The notes: generated from the sequence alone by a model not told the origin. Shown: positions 53,585-63,220, counted from the first letter of the stretch. The stretch is 64,000 bases of DNA from Gemmatimonadales bacterium (GCA_036499125.1 DASYEH010000014.1:53156-117155); one strand, 5' to 3'. Made by a program: numbers and translations.

Positions 53585-53665
53585 GATTTGGCGGGTAAGG
53601 GGTTCTCTGACCGACCGCGCGCGACGTCACGCGGCCGTTGCAAGGCGCAAAGATAGCAGGGCCGA

Positions 53666-55168
53666 TCAGGTGTCGCCGGACCCCGGGGTAATGATGAAAT
53701 AGGAGCGTCCCAGGCGCTTGCCAACGGCGTCGGCTTCTTCGCGGGTCCGATAGGGCCCAATGACCACCCGGTAGCCCTCGTCAGCGCTCTTGGGGTCCAT
53801 GACCCGGGCCGGAAAGCCGCCATCCTTCAGTTGCCGGGCAAAGGCCTGGGCCCAGTCGTTGTTCTGGGAGGAGGAGACCTGCACATAGATCTTCGCTGCG
53901 GTATCGCTGGCGGCGCCCTTCCCAGCGGCAGTCGTTGGGGCTGGGGCCGCCGCTGGCTCGGCTGCCCGGGCGGCGGCGGCCGGGGGCACGGAAGAGTCGG
54001 TTGTTGCGGCCGGCGGCGGTGCGGTGGCGACCGTCTGGACCGGCTGCCCGGCGACGCGTGGGGCCCACGGAAGCATGATGTAGAGATCGGCAGCGCCGCC
54101 GGCGAGCGTCGCTCGGACAGTGGGTGGCGTGGCGCTGAGGTCGACCGCCTGGAGGTCGGCCTTATGGCGGAAAACGATGGTCTTGCCGTCGACGACCTGC
54201 GGGAGGTCGGCATCCCACGGCGCGTGCTCGACGGCGGTCACGGCCGGGGCGGTCAGGTCGACGACCCGGACCGAATCGCCCACCGGCACATGTTCGAGCA
54301 GCCAGCGACCGGTCCGGTCGACCCGCAGGGCATCGGCGTTGCCGGGAACCTTCAGTTCGTGGACCTGGGATCGCCGGTTCCGGTCGACCATCACGAGGAA
54401 CCGGTCGACGATAACGAGGCCGCCGGTCTTGCGCGCGACGTAGAGGCGGTGCCCGGATGGCGAGAATGCCGATACCGTGGGCGTCCCGCTGATCCGGACA
54501 AACCGGCTGGGCGACTTGCCGAGCGGGTCAACGAATGTCACACCACTGTCGGTCGTGATCGTGACGAGGTCACCGCTCCAGGTCGTTGCCAGGTGCCCAT
54601 GCGGAATTGCGGCGTGATGTGACTCGCTGGTGGCCGTAAACGCCTGCAGGGTGCCGGGGCGATTGTTGGCGACTACCACTTGCTCACCTGGTCCGCGCAG
54701 GACGGTGGCGTCATGGTCGACCGCGGCGTGATAGGTGATCAGCCGGCGAATCGTGATGCGAACCGGGTGATGGGCGGAATCGATGCCGAAGATCGCGCCA
54801 TCGGGCGCGGCAAAGAGCTGGCGTGCCGAGGTTGCGATGACCCGGGCGCGGCGGGCCGCGAGGTCAATCGCCACTGGGCGGCCGTTGTTGTCGGCGGCGT
54901 ATACGGTCTGGTCGTCAGCGCCGCTGAGGCCAAGAATCCTGGAGATCGGGGGAATGCCGCCCTGGACCAGCCATTGGCGGGGTGTCAGCGTCGAGGCGTT
55001 GAGGAGCTGGGCGCTGCCGACCGTCCGCGAGATGCGCACCAGCCCCGGTGAGGCTGGTGGAGTGGCGACGTCAGGCGGCAGTCGCTTGGCTGAGGCTGGC
55101 GCGCGGTCGCCGCCGCATCCACTCAGGGCGGCGACCAGCACCAGGCCGATCGTGCGGCGGCGTGTCAT
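53666..55168 (-). CDS. SPOR-domain lipoprotein with central beta-rich region
   Basis: Start at 55168 gives MTRRRTIGLVLVAALSGCGGD. C-terminal IYVQVSSSQNNDWAQAFARQLKDGGFPARVMDP...YRVVIGPYRTREEADAV is a SPOR domain. Confidence 0.75.
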   Translation of the reverse strand: MTRRRTIGLVLVAALSGCGGDRAPASAKRLPPDVATPPASPGLVRISRTVGSAQLLNASTLTPRQWLVQGGIPPISRILGLSGADDQTVYAADNNGRPVAIDLAARRARVIATSARQLFAAPDGAIFGIDSAHHPVRITIRRLITYHAAVDHDATVLRGPGEQVVVANNRPGTLQAFTATSESHHAAIPHGHLATTWSGDLVTITTDSGVTFVDPLGKSPSRFVRISGTPTVSAFSPSGHRLYVARKTGGLVIVDRFLVMVDRNRRSQVHELKVPGNADALRVDRTGRWLLEHVPVGDSVRVVDLTAPAVTAVEHAPWDADLPQVVDGKTIVFRHKADLQAVDLSATPPTVRATLAGGAADLYIMLPWAPRVAGQPVQTVATAPPPAATTDSSVPPAAAARAAEPAAAPAPTTAAGKGAASDTAAKIYVQVSSSQNNDWAQAFARQLKDGGFPARVMDPKSADEGYRVVIGPYRTREEADAVGKRLGRSYFIITPGSGDT

Positions 55169-55172
55169 CCGC

Positions 55173-58100
55173 TCAATATGACGGCCCGAACGAGATCGTC
55201 CAATATGGCGAGACACCCGGACGACCAAGCGGCTTGGCGTAATCGAAGCGCAACACCACAAAACCGAGCGCGTTGATCTTGATCGACAGGCCGACCGAGC
55301 GCAGCGGGACCCGCACATCGGACGGCGATTGATCGGCAGTCCGGCTGAATGCCAGCGAGCTGTGGTCGTCCCACGCGACGCCGGCATCATAGAACAGCGC
55401 GCCTTCGATCGGCGGGAAGAGTTGCGGCAGCCAGTGCATGTATTGCTGACTGAGAATCGGGAATCGCAGCTCGGCGTTGAAGACGCCAATCTGGGTGCCG
55501 ATCAGCTGATCGAGCGAGGAACAGCCCGTCTGCGAGTTCGGGTCGGCGACAGTGAGGGTGGCGCACTCGTTGCGATCGAACGAGCCCGACGTCCAGCCGC
55601 GAATCAGGTCCGGGTAACCGAGGTACTGCTGGAACTTGTCGGCATCCCGCCCGGAGCGCCCGAAGTAGAGCAGGCGGGTTGCCAGCGTGAACGGCCCGAC
55701 CAGGTGATCGTACCGTCGGAAGTCTGCGGTCGACTGGATATAGCGCCAGCCGCCAATCGTTGGCGCGATCTCGACGCGCGAACGCCGGCCCAGGAACGGC
55801 CCGGTGTAGCCGGCGATCGAGTTGTCATAGACCCATGCGATCGACGGCTGCACAAAGCCGGTCTCCTGCAGGATAGTCTTCTGGCTGTAGGCGTCTTCAG
55901 TAGCGACGCCGGTCGACGGATCGAAGGGCTGGTAGTAGTCGAGCACCGCATTCTCGACATTGGTGAGATGGGTACCAAGCTCGAAGCGCTGGAAGCGTGA
56001 GACGGGATAGCTGCCGGTGATGAACGCCGATCGCAGCACGATGCGCTGTACCTCGGTGACGTACGTCTGTTCGAACTCGCTCGGGCCGGGGATGTAGCCT
56101 GACCCGTTGTAGTAGAAGTAGGGGTCCTGCGAAATGCCGGTGGCCCAGTTGATCCGGCGCGTGAGGTTGACATAGGCTGCAAGCACTTGTGCTTCATCGA
56201 TGCGGCCGTTGACGTAGCCGCTGAAGAGCATCTCGTGGTCGCCGAGCATATCGGACAGTTGAATCGCCGTGCCGCCGAAGAACCCGCTGCCGAAGTTGTC
56301 GCGCGTGTAGCCGACACTCGGTCGGGCGACGTAATCCGGGGTGAACTTGACGCGGTAGCGCCGTTCGGAAAAAGTGCTGGTATCGGGCAGCGGGATCTTG
56401 TTGGAATCGATCAGCCGGGCGATGGACACCTCGGCCGGGGAGCGGAGTGAATCGGGGAGCACTGACTGTACGTCGACTGGCCGCAGCCCCGTTGGCGAGC
56501 GATAGAGTGAGGTTCCGCCGACAGTCGCCGCACGGACGGTATCGCGGGGCGTGCTGTCGGGGTGTGCTGGCGGTGGATTGGTGGCCAGGACTTCGGCGGC
56601 GCGGTACGGTGCCTTCTTCAGGTGTTCCGGATCGGAGATCATGTAGACGTCGTAGTCGCCCTTGGAGTAATACACGAAGGCGAGCTTGTTGGCCTGACGG
56701 GCCCACGACAGGTCGGGCGACAGCGGCGTGATGCCCTGGGCGCCGGTAAAGAGATTCGTGATCTGATACGACTCGCCGGTCGGCGTGTCATAGAGGTAGA
56801 TGTTGCTGACGCCGGTGCGGTCGGAGATGTAGGCAATCGTCTTGCCATCGGGCGACCACTGCGGGTCGACATTCTTGCCGTCGTCCATCCCCTTGAGCAA
56901 CTCGATGCTGCCGTCGCCGAGATGATACAGGGCAATGCGATAGTTGCCAAAATGCAGCGTCTGGAAATTGGTGTTGGGGCCGCGGTCCGTAGTGAACGCG
57001 ATCGTCTTGCCATCGGGTGACCACGCCGGGTGGAGATCGGCGTACTTGTCGTTGGTCAACCGGCGCATGTTGGTACCGTCGCGGTTGATCACGAAGAGGT
57101 CGGAGAGCCCGCCGTCGTACCCGGTGAACACCAGCTGGCTGCCGTCCGGACTCCAGGCTGGCGTCGTCACGCCGCTCAGCGGGATATGCATCGTGCGAAC
57201 GGTCCGGTTGGTCGCGACATCGATGATCAGGATATCGTCGTGCGCGCCATTCTTGCCTGCAAATGCGAAGAGCTTGCCGTCCGGCGACCAGCTGCCCGAG
57301 GAATTGATGAAACGGAGCGACTCGTAGTTCGAAGAGAACGTCGACTTGAACACGCGGCGCTGCGCCTTGCCATCGGCAACGTTGGCAAGCCACAGGTCGA
57401 TGAAGTAGAAGTCCTTTTCGGAGAAATAGATCACCTGCGAGCCATCGGGCGAGAGGGCCGGCGCGAGGTGCAGCGTCCCTTCGCTCCGCTCCTTGTCGAG
57501 CACGACATCGGAAATCGCGGCGACCTTGTCGGCCGTTGGCAGCTGCGGCAGATATTCCTTGAGCACCGCATCGCGCCACTGATCACCGAGCTGGCGGTAG
57601 TTCAGGCCGATGACTCGGCGAAAGGCGCCCTCGAGCGAGCCCGAACGTGAGGCCGAGAGAATTGCTCCGATTGCTTCGTCGCCCCAGCGCTGACCGACAT
57701 AGGCGAGCAGCGCCTGACCAAAGCGATAGGGGAAGAGTCGCGGGTCGGTCTCGAGTTCGTGAATGGTCGGGACCTTCCCCAGCTGGGCGGCGTCACGCAT
57801 CCACATGGCGGTGTTCGGATCGACCCCGCCAAGTGACATGTACTCGGCCATCCCCTCGACAAACCAGAGCGGCGGATTGAGGCCGATGAGGGTTTGCACG
57901 CCAGCGCCGGCGCGGCCGCCGGACCAGACGTCATACTGGAACTGGTGGGTCATTTCGTGCTGCAGGACGTGCTGCATGTCGGCATAGGAGCCGGTCAGCG
58001 GCACGACGATCCGGTGCTTGATGAAATCCGTGAAACCGCCGACGCCTTCCTGCACTTCATCGGGCGACGTGTTGGTCTGCTGGAAGTCGGAGAGCGAGGC

Positions 58101-58361
58101 ATAGAGGATGATCGGCTTGCGTTCACGGAACTGATGGCGCAGGACGGTCGACAGTTCGGTGTACGAACGTTCGGCCATCCTGGCGACGTCAAGCGCGGCA
58201 GGGCGCTCGACATCGTAGTAGTACAGGTCAAAGTGTTCGGTCGCGATGACCTTGAAATGAAAGCGGGAGTAGAGAACCTTGTTCTGCCCGAAGTACTGCG
58301 CCCTGAGCGGGGAGGCCAGCAGGGGCCCAGCAACGAGAAGCAACCACGCGAGGCGGCGCAT
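55173..58361 (-). CDS. Outer-membrane fusion protein: HExxH (MA-clan-like) domain + TolB/PD40 beta-propeller + Omp85-type beta-barrel
   Basis: Start at 58361 (MRRLAWLLLVAGPLLASPLRAQ). VLQHEMTHQFQYDVW. At least four SPDG(K/S) PD40 blades (SWSPDGKLFAF, PAWSPDGSQLVF, PAWSPDGKTIAF, PQWSPDGKTIAY). C-terminal FNAELRFPIL...GALFYDAGVAWDD...VLRFDYAKPL...WTISFGPSY ends in an aromatic residue. Confidence 0.75.
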   Translation of the reverse strand: MRRLAWLLLVAGPLLASPLRAQYFGQNKVLYSRFHFKVIATEHFDLYYYDVERPAALDVARMAERSYTELSTVLRHQFRERKPIILYASLSDFQQTNTSPDEVQEGVGGFTDFIKHRIVVPLTGSYADMQHVLQHEMTHQFQYDVWSGGRAGAGVQTLIGLNPPLWFVEGMAEYMSLGGVDPNTAMWMRDAAQLGKVPTIHELETDPRLFPYRFGQALLAYVGQRWGDEAIGAILSASRSGSLEGAFRRVIGLNYRQLGDQWRDAVLKEYLPQLPTADKVAAISDVVLDKERSEGTLHLAPALSPDGSQVIYFSEKDFYFIDLWLANVADGKAQRRVFKSTFSSNYESLRFINSSGSWSPDGKLFAFAGKNGAHDDILIIDVATNRTVRTMHIPLSGVTTPAWSPDGSQLVFTGYDGGLSDLFVINRDGTNMRRLTNDKYADLHPAWSPDGKTIAFTTDRGPNTNFQTLHFGNYRIALYHLGDGSIELLKGMDDGKNVDPQWSPDGKTIAYISDRTGVSNIYLYDTPTGESYQITNLFTGAQGITPLSPDLSWARQANKLAFVYYSKGDYDVYMISDPEHLKKAPYRAAEVLATNPPPAHPDSTPRDTVRAATVGGTSLYRSPTGLRPVDVQSVLPDSLRSPAEVSIARLIDSNKIPLPDTSTFSERRYRVKFTPDYVARPSVGYTRDNFGSGFFGGTAIQLSDMLGDHEMLFSGYVNGRIDEAQVLAAYVNLTRRINWATGISQDPYFYYNGSGYIPGPSEFEQTYVTEVQRIVLRSAFITGSYPVSRFQRFELGTHLTNVENAVLDYYQPFDPSTGVATEDAYSQKTILQETGFVQPSIAWVYDNSIAGYTGPFLGRRSRVEIAPTIGGWRYIQSTADFRRYDHLVGPFTLATRLLYFGRSGRDADKFQQYLGYPDLIRGWTSGSFDRNECATLTVADPNSQTGCSSLDQLIGTQIGVFNAELRFPILSQQYMHWLPQLFPPIEGALFYDAGVAWDDHSSLAFSRTADQSPSDVRVPLRSVGLSIKINALGFVVLRFDYAKPLGRPGVSPYWTISFGPSY

Positions 58362-58390
58362 CGTCGAACCCTTTCGTCCAGCAGGGACCA

Positions 58391-58753
58391 TCATAAATCG
58401 GAAAGCAGCGTTGGCGCGTCCTGCCACAATCGTTCGAGCTGATAAAACGCCCGGGTCTCCGGATGGAACAGATGGACGACCAGGTCCACAAAATCGAGGA
58501 GGACCCAGCGTCCCCCCTGAACGCCTTCGACATGGTGCGCCGGAAGACCGGCCGCATCCATGGCCCTGACTACACCGTCGGCAATCCCGCGGACATGTGC
58601 ATCAGACGTGCCGGACGCGATGACGAAGTAGTCAGCGGCATCGCTCAGGCCGCGAAGGTCGATCACCTGGAGCTTGATCCCCTTGCGGTCGTCAATGGCG
58701 TCAACCGCCAGTCGCAGCGCGGCCGGGAGCCGATTTGCGCGGTGATCAGCCAC
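58391..58753 (-). CDS. rsfS: Ribosome silencing factor RsfS
   Basis: AIDDRKGIKLQVIDLRGLSDAADYFVIASGTSDAHVRGIAD...WVLLDFVDLVVHLFHPETRAFYQLERLW. Confidence 0.85.
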   Translation of the reverse strand: MADHRANRLPAALRLAVDAIDDRKGIKLQVIDLRGLSDAADYFVIASGTSDAHVRGIADGVVRAMDAAGLPAHHVEGVQGGRWVLLDFVDLVVHLFHPETRAFYQLERLWQDAPTLLSDL

Positions 58754-58914
58754 GGTCGAAACCGGCCGTGAAATGGCTACTGCGGGGTGCCATTTCCGCT
58801 GCCAGAAAGATAGGCCTGAGGCTCCCGGAACGGCGATCCAGACCGTTCCGAAATGACCCGATTGTACCCATTCCTGACAAAGTGTCCTGATTCGTGGACA
58901 GTGTCCCGGTGCTC

Positions 58915-59364
58915 CTAGGCTGTTGCCGTGATGGTAATCCGAAGTTCTGCGGTGACGTCGTGATGCAGCCGAACCGACACGCTGTGAAAACCGAGCTGCT
59001 TGAGCGGATGTTCCAGCTCGATCTTGCGCTTGTCGATCTGGACGCCGCGGGCCTCGAGTTCATGCGCGATGTCGCTGGACGTGATCGATCCGAAGAGCCG
59101 TCCGTCTTCGCCAGCCTTGGCGTGGAACGACAACTCAAGCGCGCCGAGACGGGTGGCCAGCTCCTGCGCCGCAGTGCGGTCGCTATTCGCCTTGGCGGTC
59201 CGGGCACGGGTCTCGGCCTCGATCCGTTTCTTGTTGCCCTCGGTGGCTTCGAACGCCAAGCCGCGGGGCAGCAAGAAATTGCGCGCATAGCCAGGCTTGA
59301 CCCGCACCAGCTGGCCCGCCTTGCCAATGGAAGGGACGTCTTCGCGCAGGATCAGGTCAATCAT
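58915..59364 (-). CDS. rplI: 50S ribosomal protein L9
   Basis: MIDLILREDVPSIGKAGQLVRVKPGYARNFLLPRGLA. Confidence 0.9.
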   Translation of the reverse strand: MIDLILREDVPSIGKAGQLVRVKPGYARNFLLPRGLAFEATEGNKKRIEAETRARTAKANSDRTAAQELATRLGALELSFHAKAGEDGRLFGSITSSDIAHELEARGVQIDKRKIELEHPLKQLGFHSVSVRLHHDVTAELRITITATA

Positions 59365-60296
59365 CGAGGTGCTCCTGTAAGGGGCGGCCGGCGCCGCCGG
59401 AAATCGATCCAGGTATCGGCGACGCCAATGGCGGCGAGGCCGATCAGGACCAGATAGAAGACGAGCAATATCATCAGGGCCATCAGGGCAACCAGCAGCG
59501 GTGGCATCTGGCGGAGCGTTGCACTGGACACCGCGCCGCCGCGAGCGATGTAGAGCGCGACGACAACGACCAGGGCGTTTTCGCCAACCAGCTTGATACC
59601 GGGGTTGGTCACGAAGAGGACCACCGTTGCGACCACGACCAGTACCCAGATCAGGTGATCGTTGAAACGGAATTGACTGAAGGGCGGCGCCGCATCAGCA
59701 AGTGGATGCAGCGCGATCCGCTGGTACCATCCCCATGCCAACCAGGTACCGAGCAACGCCGTGAGCGCGATCGCGGCTGGGTAGAGGGGAACCAGACGGG
59801 TCAGCGCCGAGGCCAGGATGGGTCCGATGTCGGCCGTGGCAGTCGTGCTGAGGGTCGCGCCGTCGTCGACGGGGTATACCGGGGTCGGCGGCAGGTGCCA
59901 GCCAGGCTGCAGGGTGCGGAAGCCGTTCCACGACTCGGTGACCAGCGTGTTGATGAACTGGCTGAACTGGAGGTGGTAGAGCAGGTACCAGGTCGCCACG
60001 ACCAGCGCGCTGACAATCACGGAGAGTGTTGCGCGGATAAAAAGTGATCGGATTCTCGCCAGGGTCAGCAGCACGAAGCACCCGATGTAGGCTGCGGCGG
60101 ACGCTTGAATGGTGCGCTGGGGGAGGGTCTCCGGAATCATCGTCCACCACCAGACGATCAGCGCGCAGAGGGCGATCCAGAACCACTCGCGGCCGGTGGT
60201 GGGGCGGGAAATAAGCAGCAGGACCCCGAGCAGCCCCAGAAAAAAGACCGGACTGAGCTGAATCGCGCCGATCAGGAATGCTGCGGCCAGCACCAA
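59361..60296 (-). CDS. Polytopic membrane protein, DUF2232 (YybS)-like
   Basis: About 8 predicted TM helices. Sits between rpsR and rplI, as yybS does in Bacillus. ATGA overlap with rplI. Family call rests mainly on synteny. Confidence 0.5.
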   Translation of the reverse strand: MVLAAAFLIGAIQLSPVFFLGLLGVLLLISRPTTGREWFWIALCALIVWWWTMIPETLPQRTIQASAAAYIGCFVLLTLARIRSLFIRATLSVIVSALVVATWYLLYHLQFSQFINTLVTESWNGFRTLQPGWHLPPTPVYPVDDGATLSTTATADIGPILASALTRLVPLYPAAIALTALLGTWLAWGWYQRIALHPLADAAPPFSQFRFNDHLIWVLVVVATVVLFVTNPGIKLVGENALVVVVALYIARGGAVSSATLRQMPPLLVALMALMILLVFYLVLIGLAAIGVADTWIDFRRRRPPLTGAPR

Positions 60297-60349
60297 CTGC
60301 GCGATGGGCCAACGCCGCCCGCCAGGGGCGGGCGACGTCGTAGCGGTGG

Positions 60350-60571
60350 TCAGCCGGCGAATCCCTTGATGTATGGCAGGAGCGCCACTTCGCGCGCCCG
60401 CTTGATGGCGGTGCTGAGCTGGCGCTGATGGCGGGCGCAGGTGCCCGACAGCCGGCTCGGCAAGATCTTGCCACGCTCGGTGAGGAAACGGGTGAGCAGG
60501 CGCTCATCCTTGAAGTCAACGACGCGGACGCCGGATTCGCAGATCGCGCAGGTCTTCTGTGGGCGGGCCAT
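60350..60571 (-). CDS. rpsR: 30S ribosomal protein S18
   Basis: [50 protein letters not shown]. Confidence 0.9.
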   Translation of the reverse strand: MARPQKTCAICESGVRVVDFKDERLLTRFLTERGKILPSRLSGTCARHQRQLSTAIKRAREVALLPYIKGFAG

Positions 60572-60915
60572 TATTCCTCCTCCTCCCCGTCCTTGGCGCT
60601 CGGCGTGGGGGCCATCTTGGCGCCCTCATCCAGAATCACCAGGTGACGCAGCAAGCCTTCGTCGAGGCGCATGGCGCGCTCGAACTCGGGCAGCGAGGCG
60701 GCCGCGGCTTCGAACTTCGCCACGACGTAATAGCCAGCTTCCTTACCAGCAATCGGGTAGGCGAGCGTGCGCTTGCCCCAATGGCTGACTTCCATCTCGA
60801 CACCCTCACTCTGCGGAATCAGGGCGTGGAAACGATCGACTTTTTCGGTAACGGCGGCTTCTTCGAGGGCGGAATCGAAGATATACACCGCCTCATAACG
60901 ACGAGGCACAAGCAC
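60571..60915 (-). CDS. rpsF: 30S ribosomal protein S6 (acidic C-terminal tail)
   Basis: [15 protein letters not shown]...[29 protein letters not shown] start with GGAAGG upstream. 1-nt overlap with the rpsR start. Confidence 0.9.
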   Translation of the reverse strand: MLVPRRYEAVYIFDSALEEAAVTEKVDRFHALIPQSEGVEMEVSHWGKRTLAYPIAGKEAGYYVVAKFEAAAASLPEFERAMRLDEGLLRHLVILDEGAKMAPTPSAKDGEEEE

Positions 60916-61021
60916 CTTCCTTCGGTCTGGAGACGCCCCGGCGCGGTGCGGCGCCGAGGAGGATTGATTGGCAAACCTGAGGGCTAAGCTAGCCGGGCCG
61001 GGCCGTGAACGCCACGGTGGA

Positions 61022-63142
61022 TCAGGGCCTGACGTGAAGGAGGCCGGCTCGGCTGATGATCGTGCCGGTGGCCGGGTCAGTGACGCGGACCAGGACTTCG
61101 TAGTCGTCCGGCGTCAGGCCGGCCAGGGTCAGTTCCCGCTGGAACGACATCCGGGTGCCACTTGCCTGGCTCGGAAAGGCGATCGAAGTGGTGAGCGAGT
61201 CCGGGTGACTGGTGCGGCGCAGCTCGACTGTCGTCTGATAGGTCGCGCCAGGCTTGAGCCCGTCGACGGTGTAGCTGATGGTCGCAACGTCGCCTCGGCG
61301 CCACCGATCGCGCGGGTTGAGGGGAATTGGCTCGCCGCCGTGAAACCAGCTCAGGTCGCCGTCGGGTGCGCCCAGGATCAAGTCGCTGAGCTGAAAGCTC
61401 TGGTCGAATGGCTTGGTGGACACGGCCAGCACCTGGCGTCCGGTGCCAGCATGGCGCAGCGGGTCACTGATCACGCCGTTCACAGTCCAGGTTCCGGGCG
61501 GAGTGGGAACAAGCAGATAGCCGGTGAGCTGGGTGTCATCGTTGACCGGTGACTTGAGTGTCCACTGGCGCACCGTGTCGATCACCGACGCGAACGCTCC
61601 GGTCAGTGGATCACCGATGACGATCCGGATGCGCGCGGCAAACGCCGAGACGGCCTTGGGGTCGAGTCGGCGAGCTGGCACGGCGAAGACGACCAGGGCA
61701 CCCTCACCCGGAATGCCGAACGCTTGCACGCTGGCATAGAGGGGCCGTGGAAAGGATTCGCGGTTGTCGTCGGTGTGCTCGGCCGTGACCCGCATGGCGG
61801 TGTATTCGGTGAGGAGCCTGTCGGCCATGACGACCGCTGCGGCTGACGCGCCGGACTCGACCAGACCTGCAAGGATGCAGAGCCGCGGGTCGAGCGCGCA
61901 GTTCGACATCAGGTCGCCGGGAGGATAGTTGCGGGCAAACATCCCGAAACGTTCTGAGGCGGGAGCATCGGGAAAGGACGCGCGGGAAAAGCCGACGACC
62001 AACCGCCCGTCGGGAGTGTCCCACGCCAGCACCTGTTCGAGCAGGTTGGTTCCGCCAGGCAGGTTCGACACGAGGGTCGGATCGCCATGTCGCAGGATCA
62101 GGCCGCCGCGATCATCGATCACGACGGTGAGCGGGCGCTGACGGTTGCGGTACACCAGCGGGGAGATGGCTGGATCGCGAGGAAAGGCTTCATCGCCGGG
62201 CAGGTATTCCGCGCCGTCCTCGGCCGGAACTGGCACACCGCGCGCTGTGGTTGCGTCATAGATCCAGCGATAGTCGCGCAGCACGATGCGCCAGCGGCGG
62301 AACTGCTCGGGGAGTCGCGACCCTGGCAGGCGGCCGTCTTCGATGTCGCGGCGATTCCAGAAGGTCTCGAGCCATGCTTCGCGCGCGGATGGCAGCAACG
62401 CATTCCAGTGATCGAGTTCTGCCGGTTGAGCGATCCAGGCAAGGTCGCGGCTGTACCACGCCGCATCAGTGCTATCCCGGATGGCGGCGGCACCATCGTA
62501 GTATGCGGCAGCGCCAGCGGAATCGTGACCGAGCGCGAAGGCGACCTCGGCGCCGAGATGGCCGCGAGCGGCGTCGGTCAGGGTAGCCGGAGTGATCTGT
62601 GCGAATGCGGCCGCTGCACTGTCGGCGCTACCGACTTCCAGTTCGATCCGAACGGTCAGCGCGCGGAGGGCCGGGGAAAGATCTGGATGACGCGCCGCCA
62701 AGGCGCGGAGGACGCGCAGCTCTTGTTCCGGTGCCGCCCAGATATACGGATAGGGCACCAGCCGTTGCAGCTGTTCGGCGCTCCAGAGGTCACCGGGATC
62801 GCCGGTCAACGCATCGTTGAGGGCCTGGATCGTGGCGCTGCGCCAGACCCGATCGCGTGCTTCCGTCGGCTCTTCGAGCGAATGCCACGGCGCGGCCATC
62901 TCGATCCCGATGCGGGCCAGGTCGCGAGAGTGCGCCGGGTCAAGGCGGCCAGTGGTTGCGGTCGTCTTGACGAGCAGCCAGCCATCCGCTTCGAGGCTGC
63001 GGTGCGCGGCGGCGTCGCCGCGTTCGCTCCGTGCGACCAGCGCGGTCAGCCGGGCGCTGTCTGAACGGGCGCGCTGCGCGGATGCAATCTGTGGCGGGGC
63101 GCACAGGAAGACTCCAACCACGAGCAGCAGCGACGGGCGCAT
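61022..63142 (-). CDS. GWxTD-domain-like secreted protein (paralogue of 12912-15218)
   Basis: Signal peptide MRPSLLLVVGVFLCAPPQIASAQ. WLETFWNRRDIEDGRLPGSRLPEQFRRWRIVLRDY, then IDDRGGLILRHGDPT. The C-terminal Ig-like region parallels the other copy. Confidence 0.55.
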   Translation of the reverse strand: MRPSLLLVVGVFLCAPPQIASAQRARSDSARLTALVARSERGDAAAHRSLEADGWLLVKTTATTGRLDPAHSRDLARIGIEMAAPWHSLEEPTEARDRVWRSATIQALNDALTGDPGDLWSAEQLQRLVPYPYIWAAPEQELRVLRALAARHPDLSPALRALTVRIELEVGSADSAAAAFAQITPATLTDAARGHLGAEVAFALGHDSAGAAAYYDGAAAIRDSTDAAWYSRDLAWIAQPAELDHWNALLPSAREAWLETFWNRRDIEDGRLPGSRLPEQFRRWRIVLRDYRWIYDATTARGVPVPAEDGAEYLPGDEAFPRDPAISPLVYRNRQRPLTVVIDDRGGLILRHGDPTLVSNLPGGTNLLEQVLAWDTPDGRLVVGFSRASFPDAPASERFGMFARNYPPGDLMSNCALDPRLCILAGLVESGASAAAVVMADRLLTEYTAMRVTAEHTDDNRESFPRPLYASVQAFGIPGEGALVVFAVPARRLDPKAVSAFAARIRIVIGDPLTGAFASVIDTVRQWTLKSPVNDDTQLTGYLLVPTPPGTWTVNGVISDPLRHAGTGRQVLAVSTKPFDQSFQLSDLILGAPDGDLSWFHGGEPIPLNPRDRWRRGDVATISYTVDGLKPGATYQTTVELRRTSHPDSLTTSIAFPSQASGTRMSFQRELTLAGLTPDDYEVLVRVTDPATGTIISRAGLLHVRP

Positions 63143-63220
63143 TGGAGCTCCGGGGTCTGGGGGGCCGGACCGTGAGACGCGACTGCAGCCGGGCGCCGCA
63201 GGCGCGGCGTGACCTAGAAG

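Noticed and set aside
58861-58880. TACAAT (-10-like) and TTGTCA (-35-like) hexamers on the minus strand upstream of rsfS.
   Set aside because: The two hexamers are only 8 nt apart, which is incompatible with a sigma-70 promoter. No promoter was called.
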